DNA of 64,000 nucleotides, from positions 434,001 through 498,000 of the forward strand of contig OY253686.1 of the NCBI GenBank assembly GCA_958009085.1, read 5' to 3'. The stretch comes from Protoeuglena noctilucae (Eukaryota). The position numbers and the translations under genes are program-made. The notes under the pieces were generated by a model, which had not been told where the DNA came from, ran no database searches, and saw only the letters and a program-made list of their open reading frames with translations. Within the stretch, counting starts at the first letter, position 1. Every line of letters starts with the position of its first letter. This document shows positions 38,307 through 50,347 of this stretch, in pieces.

Positions 38307-39540
38307 GCACTCCAGTTTGCATTTGAGGTGAGCGGCGCCCCGGGCCAGGGCGGCCTGCCAGCCGGTGCCTGCTTGGCGGCATGTCCCTGCTAATGCCATT
38401 GAGTTGGTCGGTGCGAACGCTGCTGACTCACGCCGGTCGCGCCTCCCCCGCAGGCGCCCCGCGACGCCGGCGCGGCTCCTGGTCGGCTCCCAACTCCTTG
38501 CAACGATGAGTTGGTGGGCGGGTCTACCCGCCTATTTGAGGCCGATCAGCGCTGCGCCCCTGGTACCTCCGGCTCACCGACTCCGCCTCGTGGCGGGGTG
38601 GTGCGGCCAACAACAACATGCCACAGTCGCGTCGCTTGGGCGACGGACGGGTCCCTGATCACGTACCCCGGGACCCGCGAGAGGAGACGCGCGCCCGCGG
38701 ACGTCGCGGCACAATTGCAAGGCGAGGCCAGCGCAGGCGGTGACTCGCACGCTGCCTTGGCGAGTCGCCGCCGGCTGCGCTGGCTGCGCCACGAGCCATT
38801 TTGCGCAGTTGAGGGACGCAAAAACGGTGGGCGCCGCCAGCCTGGCACCCCATGTAAGCGTTTTTGGTATTTCTCGCCCCTCCTTCCCTTCCCCATGCGC
38901 GCGCTTTGGTGCCCCGGCTGGCCCACCCGCAACACGGGCCGGCCCGGCGCCAAGGCCGCGCACTCACGATGAGCTTTTCTTCGGCCCGCGGTGCAGCGGT
39001 GCTCCGCAAGGCGACACGCGCTGGGCGTGTCGCGTTTGCGGTGGCACACACAAGGGTTTGCCCTCAGTCGGCCCCGTGCCACTGCCCCCACACGCGAACA
39101 TTGTTAGCCTGACAATATCATGCTCCCCATGGTCGATGGTTGGGACAAACTCGTGCGCTTGCTCGTGCTTGACATGATAGGTTGCTGCGTAGCCTCACCC
39201 CCACGTGCGTTGCGAGAACAGGGCCTGATGCTCGACACCCTGTGCACATGTACCTCACATACCCGCGCTAGGATGCCATGCAAGATAGGGTATCATCGTT
39301 GCACAGCTTGAAAAAGAATTCGTCATGTGAGACCAGCTTCAGCTGAGGCCAGTGACCTGGTGGGCATACCCCGTCCTGGGGATCCCTCTCGACACACGGA
39401 CGGAAGGTCAGGGACGAGACACACACCGTGGCGAGGTCGGGGTGAAACAAAGACAGCCGCGTGCTTGCTGGTGGCATGGCTCAGAAGGCGCAGACGCCTG
39501 ATAGACAGGGAAGACCCGCCCTTTGCCTGCGTCATCGTGA

Positions 39541-41084
39541 ATGCCGCATCGCGTGACATTGTCCGCGCACTGCACCGGTGTCGGGACCGGCCGCCGTGCC
39601 TGCCATCGGGCGCTGGGGAGGCCTTCCCGGCACGGGACGCGTCGACAGGCCTCCTCGGACGCGAGCCAGCTCCGAGGCGTGTTCCTCGAGTGCGATGGAG
39701 TGGTCGTAGACCTTCACATCGCTGGCCATCGCGCGGCATTCAACAGGCAAGCAAGTTGACCTGGACGTAGAGTCCTTGACCTCTACCGGCCCGGGAAATG
39801 CATCTAGACACTTTGACGACCTCATTTTCATGCATACGTCTGCAGAACGTTTGCGAATCTGGGCATGGAGTGCGCCAACTGGTCAGGGGCGGTCTACGCC
39901 GACCTGCTGCAGCGCTCGGATGGGACCGGCGAGTCGATGCTCACGAATTTCTTCTCGACCGTGGGCTGGCCCCTATCGGTCGAGACTTCCGAGCAGAGCA
40001 CTTTTGTTCGCAAGGTGCACGCCATGAAGCAGGAGGCGCTTCGGGAGCTGCTGCGCACGGACGAGGTGCCGCTGCGGTGAGCTCGCGCCTGCGCTGCCCG
40101 CGCGCTGCTGCATGCCCTTATCTTCACATCTAAGCGACAAAGACGAAGACGAAACGATGCACTCATGGAGCCCGGTCTTTCGCAGGAGCGGGGCGCGGGA
40201 GCTAGTCCAGGATGCCGTGCTGGCCGGGGCTCGCGTGGGGCTCGTGTGCTGCACCTCGTCTGCGCCGCTGGACGACGTCGTCGCGTCCGTGCGCCGGCAG
40301 CTCGGTCCCGGCATCTCGTCCCGCCTGGAGGCGTTCACGGTGCCGGGTGCGCTGGGCGACGGGCCGAGCGACGTTGGTCAGGCGATCGACGAGGCAAAGA
40401 GGGAGGTGAAGCGGACGCTGGCGCAGGCGGCGGTGGACTCTCTCAATCGAGCAAGCGGGCCCGACGCGGCCGCCCTGCACCCTTCCCTCCGGGGCGGTGG
40501 CAGCTGGCAGCAGGTGCAGGGCGAGTTGGTGTGTGTAAAGGGTAGCAGGCCAGATGCTGCCCTCATCGCCTGTGATGGGATAGCACTTCATGGATGCCAC
40601 CATTGCATCTTGAGCTCTACGGATAAAGTTTTTCGTGCTTATCGCTCCCCAGGTGACACCAGAGTGGGTCCGGGAGTGCTGCGTGGTCATGGGCGTGACG
40701 CCCGATACTTGCGCGATGCTGTCGACTCAGGCGTCCACCATCACCGCCGCCAAGGCCGCGGGGCTCATGACCGGGGCGGTGCAGACGCTGGTGAGGGCGG
40801 GGTCGATTGCTGTTAGTCACGCTGTGTAGGCACTGCGAGTGCGAGTGTGTGTTGAGAGATAGCTGAGAGTCGGTGACCGGCGTCGTGATGGTGGTGACAT
40901 TGATCTGTGTGTAGCCCATGTGTGCGCACCCTGAACCCTCCTCACGGCTCATCACCTTCTTGCTCTCCCGCAGGTCAACGCGAGTGGGAGCCTGGCAGAC
41001 GCCGATTACAAATTCGACGGGCTCGGGGCGGGGGGCGGGGCCACGTGGGCCAAGCTGCAGCGGCTGCACATGGCAGCTCAGTAG
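39541..41084 (+). CDS. CbbY-like HAD-superfamily protein (5 exons)
   Basis: Transit-like N-terminus, VFLECDGVVVDLHIAGHRAAFNR|TFANLGMECANWSGAVYADLL, FFSTVGWP, PLR|SGARELV, AAKAAGL, KFDGLGAGGGATWAKL. Confidence 0.82.
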
Positions 41085-41281
41085 AAGATGAGCAGTGGGA
41101 CGAGTAACCACGATACCAGTACCGACACGCATGACAACAATGTTGAGTTGTACTCCTGCCCTCTTTGACGCAACTGCGTGCTTCATTACGAGCGCCATTC
41201 CATTTGATGCATTTAAGTCGATATCTACCACAAGTAGAAAGCACGTCTACTGCACCTGCCGCAATAGCACTTCGCAGCACG

Positions 41282-44200
41282 TCACGACTGGCCCTCCCTG
41301 GGCCCCTCCCCCGCCCCTGCCCCCGCCCCCTCCGCTGTGTTTTCGAATCTCCGAGCCAAGGCGTCGATGTCCTCCGCCCCGTGCTCCTGCTGATGGGCCC
41401 ACATGCGGGCGTAGAGCCCGCCCTCGCGCTGGGCGAGCGACGCGTGCGTTCCCGACTCCACCACGCGCCCGTGCGACAGCACGATCACCAGGTCGGCGTC
41501 TAAGACCGTGCTGAGGCGGTGGGCCACCACCACCTGCGAGAGAGCGCACGCGAGGGGAGAAGCCGTTAGTTGGGTTACGCAGGGAATGTCGAGCGGAGCA
41601 GGGAGCAAGGAGCTGGTGAACAGGTATGAGACACAGGGAAGAGACGAATGAGAGAGCCAGTGGCAGAAGAGGTGCAGCCAGTGCGCAGATAGATGGCTCA
41701 TCACCCGTAGCGGCCGTCCGTACTAGCCGCTGCCCCGCATGACCCACCCATCGCATGACCTGCTCTCTGACCCACAGCATGCTCCACCCACTGCACAACC
41801 ACCCCGCCCCTCGCCCCTCGCCCGCGTAACTGGCCGGCTCATCACCCGCACCTTACCTTACCGTGCACTGCATGACCACCCCGCCCCCCGCCCACCCACC
41901 TGCGTTGCAGGCCGGCTCATGGCCCTGAGCCTGTCCTGGATGCTCCGCTCCGTGATGCTGTCCAGCGCCGACGTTGCCTCGTCCAGCACCAGGATGCGGG
42001 GGTTCTTGAGCAACGCGCGGGCGAACGCCACACGCTGCTTCTCCCCTCCCGAAAGGCGCAAGCCGCGCTCCCCCACCACCGTGTCGAAGCCGTGAGGGAA
42101 GCTGAGGGAAGAAAGGAGGCAACTTGATCAAAAGCGGAAGGCATGGGTTGAGGCATTGCTTATCATTCATAAAGGACAGTGATGTTGCTGCCCCCATCGC
42201 CATGTGCGTTTGTGCTCTGCAGCTCCCACACACACCCCCACCCCCACCGCCCCTCACCGCATGCATACGTGCTCTGCAACACACACACCCTCACACCCCC
42301 ACCCACACACCCACCCACACACCCCCACTGACACCCTCACCGCGTGCGAATGTGCTCAGCGATGCACGCCGCCTCGGCCGCCTCGACCACCTCGGCATCC
42401 GACGCGTCCAATCGACCATATCTAATGTTATGTTTGATCGTATCATTGAACAGCACCATGTCCTGTGGAACCACCCCGATGGCCCTCCGGAGGCTCTCCT
42501 GGGTGACATGGCGAATGTCGGTCCCATCGATGCGAATAGCACCGGACAGCGGGTCGTAGAATCGGAAGAGGAGGCGGAGAATGGTCGACTTGCCGGACCC
42601 CGTGGCGCCCACGAGCGCCACCTTCCTGCCGCCGGCGATGTGGAAGGAGACGCCGTCCAGGGCGAGCACCCTGGGAGGGAGTTGGGTGGGGATGGGGCGA
42701 GTGATATGGCGATACAGTCCTTGAGAGGATGGGACGAGTGACATTGCGATACAGCCATCCAGCGCCAGCACCCTGGGAGATGGGTGGGGATGGATTGAGT
42801 GATATCATGTTACAGCCCTCAAGCCGTAGCAATATGAAGGATGGGTGGAACGGGGTATGTCGTGATGAGCGGCACGTTGCCGCCCAAAGCAACCCCACCA
42901 TCTCTCCCGCTCACTTCTGCATTTTCTCCACCATCCCTCTACTCTCCACGCCTCTCATCTCAGCAACTCTCAGCAACTCTCCCCCTCACCTCTGCGGCGC
43001 TTTGGATGTCGTCGGGACCTCTGCAGCAACTCCACCATCTCATAACAAACCACCCATCTAACCACTCTCACCATCTCTCTCCCCCTCACCTCTGCGGCGC
43101 CTCGGACGTGCTCGGCGCGTCCCCGCCCTGCCCGTTCCCCGCGCCCCGCTCCAACAAAGGCCTCAGCAGCGACTCGCGCTCTCCATGCCCACGCGCATCG
43201 CGGCCGTTGGAAGCCGCACGGTCCCCCGGCTTCTGAAGGTCCGCGGCAGAGCCCAGGTGGCGCCTGCGGGCGGGGGGAGCGACATTGTTGATTGATATGT
43301 TTGATAACATCGAGCTGGCGCACGGCTGTGCACCGACACGGTAGCCAATGACGTCGCCAGTGACGTCGCCACTCGCAAGAGAACGTGCTGTGGGATGCAG
43401 GGAGCTGCTGTGAGGTCCAACGCAAACAGCAATGGTGTTGAGAACGTGCTGTGACCTCTTCACGCAACCAGAGCGCATACGCAGCGCATCGCTATGTGCA
43501 CAGCATCACATCGCGTCGCCTCACATGCCTCGAGTCTTCTGCTCCTGCCGGTGCATGGTCGGGTTGCGCTCGTATTCAAACGACACGCTTTCGAATTCGA
43601 TGGCGCCGTGGGGCACGGACAGGGCCTTGGCGTCGGGGCTGTTTTGGATGGATGGCTGGGTGTCCAGGAGCTCAATCATGTTCTCTGCGATCAGAGAGCA
43701 CAATATAGAAGGTGCATGGTTGTGAGGGCTGGGTGTCAAAGAGCTCTATCATGTTCTCTGCGATACAAGGGCAGGATTGATGGTGCATGGCGGGGCATGT
43801 CGTGGGGCAGAGCAGAGTAAACGTTGCAGTTCTCACCAGTGTTCCAACTCCTTCCCTCAAACCCACCAAGACAGATAGCAGCAGCACGATACGTGTTCGC
43901 ATTCCCTCACCGGCGTCCGTGAGGCATCGCAGGGTATAGCGATACATGCCGCCCAGCCAGGTGAGGGGCTGCACGACTTGCATCATGAGGGTGAAGAAGA
44001 GCACGATGTCGCCCACGTCCTGCTGGCCCCTCGCGATGCCCCAGGCGCACTGCGGGGGTGGGGGAGAGAGGGTGAGTGAGGGCGCGGGGGGGAGGGGAGG
44101 AGGTGGGCCAGGCACACTGCAGTGAGGGGGCGAGGAGGTGAGTGAGGTCGTGGGGGTGATGTGGAGGGTGCCATTGGTTGGTATCGGTTGCAATTGGTGG

Positions 44201-47200
44201 CTATCGATTGCTAGCGGTTACTAGAGGATGTTATCGGTTGCTAGCGGGTGCTACTAATGCAGCGAACGTTTGCAATGACAGCAGATGAGTCCCAGTGCTG
44301 CATTGCTAGCCCACGCACACCCCATAACGGCCAGCCTGGTGCACATACACACCCACATGAGGCGATGAGGCAATGGCAGCATCGCAAACCCACTCCCACT
44401 TACTGATCAGCGCCCCCTTGCACTCACCATGACGAGCCCCGCACACACACCCAGGAACACCACCGTGCCCTGCAGCATGTTCAGAAACACGTAAGCACGG
44501 TCCATGTGGGCCGAATGGTAGAGATAGTCGTCGACCACCTCCATGTACGCGTCCTCCTCATAACGCTCCGCTGCGTGGGAGGGCGTGTGAGGGGTGAGAC
44601 AAGGTAACGGTGACCATCGCATGAGATCCCACAGCACAACCTTCTGCTCAACATGCACGTCGCTCCCCTGATGGAGAGCATCTGAGCTCAACTCACAACA
44701 TGCACGTTGCCGCCCTAACCGATGGCATCTTAAGTCCATCCACAACAAGCCCGACATATACTCGCTCTAATCAAACCTCCTTGTATCTCACCCGTGAAGA
44801 ACTTGGCGTTCTCGTAGTTGAGCAGCGTGTCGGTCATCCTCGCGCTGCGCTCGTTGGAGAGCTTGTTCTGGGCGCGCCGGAACCGGGTGTTGGCCTCGGT
44901 CACGATGACCGTGAGGGGGAGATAAGACGCCATCGTGAAGAGAACGATGATGCCGACCCAGGGCTGCATCTGCGGGGGGCGGGGGGTGACACGGAGGGAG
45001 ACATGTGAGATGGTGCGATGGGTCGGCAAGAGGCTAATGTGCAAGTGCATGTGCGGGTGCATCACACAGCGCGAGGCGCGTGACATGGTGTGTGTCAGTG
45101 TATAGCCAGCTGCCATGGGGGGCGTGTGAGGCAGATGTGTCGTACAGTTGTGTGGCTGAACTGGTCTTGTTGTTTTGCGCCGCTATGACCTAAGCGATCG
45201 CTGACCTGTGTGGCCAGGTAGGCGCAGGCCAGTCCGATGTCCAGGCACGCCGGGCCGAAGAATTGCTGCGGAGGAGAGGGGAGGGGGGGTTGGGGGGTCT
45301 TTCTGTAAAGGTGGCCAAGGGGCAGAGCACAGCACGATCGTGGGTAGCCAATGGCACGTTCTTAAGCAGTCAACGGCACAGTCTTGTCCACTCGCTGTGT
45401 TCGACGCAAGTGTATACTCTCCCTCACCAGTGCGTTGTTCATGAGGAACTGCAGGCTGTCGAGTCCCCGGTTGACGACCTCGACCACCTTGCCCGTCTGC
45501 TTGTTGAGGTGCCAGTTGAGGTCCAGGTGAAGGAGCTTGACGAACATGCCGTGCGCTGAGGGGGGATTAGAGAGTAGTGAGAAAGGTGGGGTCAGGGTGT
45601 ATATAGTACTAGTCTATGCAAGGGCGCAAGTGTGGTTGTCGTAATTGGACATCGATGCAAGGGGCCGGGCATGCATTAGACTGGGGTTGGATGCAAGGAG
45701 CCAGGCATGCAGTTGCAAGAGCCATGGTAGCATAGCACGTCCCAGCTATCACGTCGTGCAACGCTCTCGCTCACCGAGTCGTCGGTAGGCTGCCTGGTTG
45801 AGGGGGATCATGCACAGCGATCGCACGTTCTTGATGACGCCGAAATCAGATGACATGCCGCCCTGGGCGAAGTAGAGGACCAGGTAGACGACCGTGACGG
45901 GGAAGATGATCCAGCTGCAGGGGGATGGGGAGAAGGGAGATGGCTATTACATTTTGAATGATGATCCAGCTGCAGAGGGATGGGGACTACAAGGGTGGGT
46001 GGGTGGTACAAGGGAAGATGTACCAGCTGCAGGGTAGTAGAATGGAAGAAGGGAGGGCGATGCCACGTCACGCGGAGCGCTGCGTGTATGGCTGCGCGTT
46101 GTTTGCTTGCACACGCCGCAAAGCGCACCGGAATCGTTCGGCTGGGCTGTCCGTGGTGTGCGGGTCGTTGGGGTCATGGGATGCCTCCGACAGGCGATTG
46201 ATGAAGCGCTTGTAGGCCCAGGGTACCGCGATGTTGATGGCGCGGACGGCCAGCAGGCACGCGAAGGCGATGACGGCCAGCAGCTTGTGGTATCCCGACT
46301 GCAGAGAGGGGGGAGTTGCGCGGTGAGCGGTGAGCGGTACGCAGAGCGAGGCAGGGTCTCCTGCTTCGCGTGAAGCAAAGCAGCGGCCGAGTGCTGTGGG
46401 TCGGGGGCACACACAGCGCACCCAGCTGTGGCAAAGCAAACAACACCAGCAGCACCCACCCACCTGGGGCCAGGTCGACTTGACGAGGGTGATAAAGATG
46501 TCGAGCGTGCTGCTCTTCCCCATTCCCTTAGTGAAGAAGCCGCGCGGGACGAACCAATCATCCGTCTGCACCTCCGCCACCTCCTGCCCGGGCCTCGTGC
46601 GCGTCGCCAGCGCGAGGGTGAGCGCCGTGCAGGCCAGTAGCGCACTGATACCTGCAAGTCACACACGTGGCTGGAGTCAATCGCGGGAACCGTGCATTTG
46701 CGCGTCCGTTCGCAAGTAAAACCTGCACAGCCCGTGCAGCCAATTGCAAAGTGCCGCAGCGTCGCGGCAGCGTCACCGTTGACGGCGATGACGCCCCCGT
46801 TATCCATCGCCGGCGCTTGGGTCGCGATAGCGAGGACGTCGCCGGCCATGCGCAGGGAGGCGAGCAGCGTGGCGGGACCTGACGCCGCAATGGCCTTCGC
46901 GGTCCGCCCGGTAGAACGCGCGCCCAAGTAGGCGAAGCAGGCGTTCATCACGAGCTGCAGATAGATCAAAGCATCGACTGCCGCGTCGAAGAAGGAAATG
47001 TGATGACGCGCGCGCGCGTGGAAGCCTGCAAAGCAGCTCACCCCGGCGAGGACCACATCGGCGCACTGAGAGGCGAGGGAGCCCCCATTGACCGCGGCGA
47101 GGACGCCATGTACGACGAAGGATACGCCGGTAACGGAAAGGAAGACAACCACGGCGCCGTAGTTCGCGCGGTCCTGTGGAAGCGTTGCGGCCAAGGTCAG

Positions 47201-47392
47201 CGCTCCCGCGGAGCCCCGAAGCGCGTCCCTGCGAATTCGAGCAGCCTGCACCTTCACGTGCTTCTCCTGCGCTTTGTACGCCGCCCAGATGGCGCCGAGA
47301 ACCCCTGCTGCTGCCAAGGCAACGCTGCCTCCTAAGTCGAGCACATGGCGGGCCAGATGCCCGCCAGGGCTTTGTTCCAGGAACAGCGACAT
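41282..47392 (-). CDS. Half-size ABCB transporter, HMT1/ABCB6 type with N-terminal TMD0
   Basis: [17 protein letters not shown]...[95 protein letters not shown]. Hydrophobic N-terminal exon; start at 47392 is tentative. Confidence 0.9.
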
Positions 47393-47538
47393 CCCCGCTG
47401 CAATGCTGATGAAGAGCCAGCGCGGCGAGCTCTTGCGAAGCCATTCGCCGCGTCTGTCAAACTGACTTGCCAGTGGCCGCGTGCCGTGCCGTGCTTTCAA
47501 CCGCGCAACGGTCGCGCTATTCCCGACTAATGCCAGCA

Positions 47539-49456
47539 TCATTTGAGCGAGTATGGGTCGTAGGCGCCCTCCGGCGGGTCCACGGTGGCCGAGAATGCCA
47601 TGTAGTTGATCATCTCGTAGAAATCGTCGTGGCGGAATTTGTCCACCAGCAGCTGCACGTCGTGGTCGGAGAGCCACTTGAACTCCAGGTCCACGTTCAC
47701 CACCTGCTTGAACTGCTGCTCCGTCACGTGGCCCACCAGGCACGGCGAGTTCTGCGCAGGAAGGGCGTGGGGGGCCATAGGTGAGGGCCGGGGCGGAAGG
47801 TTGAGATGGGGACGCAGGTGCAGAGGCTGTGAGAGCAGTCGAGGGCCGCGGAGGGCAACAAGGGAGGGCAGTGGGGTGGAGAGACGGTGGGGTGAGGTAT
47901 GGTCGGGTGGGGTGACGGTGGGGTGGGGCTACGGGCACCCCCCTAGCACCATGGATGAGTAGCAATTATCCAGCATAGCTTCTCGCCTTGTTGCGCGCCG
48001 CGTCGTCGAAGAAAGGCTTGACCAGGATGCCCCGGCGCAGGACCTTCTCGCGGATCTCCTGCAGCATCGCCTCCAGCCGCGCCTCGTCCTCCTCGGCCAG
48101 GATCCTGGGCGCAGGGAGGGGCGTGGGGATGCAGGGTGGGGTGGGATGGGGTGGGGTTGAGGGAGGTGCAGGGTGGGATGGGATGGGGTTGACAGTGGTG
48201 CAGGGGGGGGACGCCGGGAGGACCTGTGTTGTAATTATCTTTGGCATGCTTGTTGCTGTTCCCGCCACGTCTCAGATACCGTAAGCTTTCCCTGTGGCCG
48301 CTATGTGCTGCATCCCTGCCTCACCCAAAGTTTATCCTATAAAGGCAGCCCCCCAATGCCTCACCTGGAGCTCCTCTGGTACCTCGTTTTGTCCAGGAGC
48401 TCCTCTGGCTCGGCAGGGACCTCGGCCAAAGGCGTCTTCTCGAGGTTGGCCACCGTGAAGACCGTGTCGACGTCCTTGCAGAACGAGCGGTAGTTGACCA
48501 TCTTGAGCGAGTCCGTCTTGTCAAACGTGTAGGCTTCCGCGAGCCTGCGGGGGACAGGGGACGGCCGACACACGTGGCGAACGCTTGGCGGTGTGCTGCC
48601 ATGCTTGGTGTCGGCGACGCCGGGCGGAGCTGCTCGGCGCAGTGGCCGATGCAGATGTACGTAATGTATCGAACACGCAAGGAGGCGGTGCGCGGGGCCG
48701 CCGCGCGCGCACCTCTGGAGCTCGTCCGTGGAGAGCGCCTTGTTGAGGCCCGCCATGTTCAGCCCGGCGAGGAACTGCGTCGGCGTGATGTCACCCACGC
48801 GGAGCTGCATCCAGAAAGCGCGCGGAGCTGAGCGGCGCGGGCGCCGGGGGCGCTGGCTCCCGCGGGGCGGCCACAGAGCGCGGCACAGGCCTGCCCGCAT
48901 GCCCGGGGGACGACAGGGGCGGGCGAGGAGGCTTAACATGAACCCGGACCGTTGCAAATCTATGTCGTGGTTTCGCCGCGAGTCGCAAGGCGCGCGGCGC
49001 GTCCTCGACAGGTGCGGGCGGGGCGGCGCATCATCGCCCAACATGTGACCCGGCCACGCCCACGCGCAGGGTTTACGGCATACCGGAGAAGGCATGCGGC
49101 TTTGACATAGATAAACAAGTCGAGATGAGCCGAGACATGAGACGAAGAGGCGTGTACGCGCCCGCAGGGGGCCCCACGTTCGCGAGCGCCTCACCTTGTC
49201 AAAGTCGCGGAAGAACTCGTTCAGGCGGATGCGGTTCTTGTAAACATTCTTCTTCACCTGCAAGCGATGCAACCGACGCATGTTCAGGGGACGCGGGGTG
49301 CTGCGCGGGCGGCAGGCGACCCATGCAGTGCATGAGGGACTCCGGACGGGTCGGCGGCGAGGAGGCGTGGCAAAAGAGCGGGCCCCCTCGGCCCGACGCC
49401 ATGCTCGCCTTCGCCATCGCCTGGTCGAAGCCAGGGACGTCGACCGTGGCCACCAT
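47539..49456 (-). CDS. EF-hand flagellar protein, FAP115-like (6 exons)
   Basis: MVATVDVPGFDQAMAK|VKKNVYKNRIRLNEFFRDFDK|LRVGDITPTQF...VNYRSFCKDVDTVFTVANLEKTP...RRGILVKPFFDDA...GHVTEQQFKQ...INYMAFSATVDP. FAP115 similarity is from recall only. Confidence 0.7.
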
Positions 49457-50347
49457 GTCCTCCACCCCGGCCTGCTCCCCTCCAACCGGACCCTCCTAAG
49501 CTCTGAGAGATGCTCTCCTTATCGACCGAAAGCGCTCAGTCAGGCTCCAGTTCTACTGGTACAGCCGCGAGCAGGACGAACAAATGGAGGTGCGCGACCG
49601 AGTCAGCCCAACTTGCAGGGATTTCCGCCGATTTGCGGCCCGCCGCACCGCCCACGGCCCACTGATCTGTTACTTGTTGGACGGTGATCTAGACACCCAC
49701 GCGACGCGCTGCAGGGGACCCTAGGCTCCTGTCCCTGCTTTGGTTGACATGTGCAACGGGCTCCTGCTTCCTGTTCATCGGCTGTCGGCTGGCACAATCA
49801 ACCCCTGTGAAATCCTGGCGAGCGCTCCGTCTCGGCGACGCGAGAGCCATTCCTAGGCGCAGTGTCCACGACCCTTGCTCTGCCTGACCGCTTCCCTTCC
49901 CCTGGTGAGTCGGATTCACAGTGCGAGTGACAAGTAAACATGCGCGGCATCAGGTACCGCCAAGCGCACAGGAGACTTGGCAGGGTTGCGCTCGCGTCTC
50001 CTGTCGCCCACTTTGTTTTTCACGCACCGCCAGAGGCTCTGTCGGTCGAGATACGCATCCTAATCGCTGACGTCACTATTCTCAGCAGATTGCCTTGCCG
50101 TGGGGCGCTTGCGCGTCGCCGCCAGCCGCCCCAGGGGGGCTCAGCATGCGATGCGAACATCTCTGAATGCCGCGACCTGTGTAGTGCGCTATTCACCACG
50201 TCGTTCGCGCACATATGACATCGTCATGTAGAGGGTCGATTGCGACCCTCGCACATCCAGCCCCGCCTCCAGGTCCGCTGGACGCAACCTGCCTCGGCAG
50301 GCCACGGCTCCTGGCTCCCGGCCCGGGCCCCGGACGATGCTCGCGTG

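Noticed and set aside
47539..47542. Overlapping stop/start (ATGA) suggesting translational coupling of the FAP115-like and ABC genes
   Set aside because: The upstream in-frame Met extension does not look coding; a start at 47392 is more plausible in a eukaryote.
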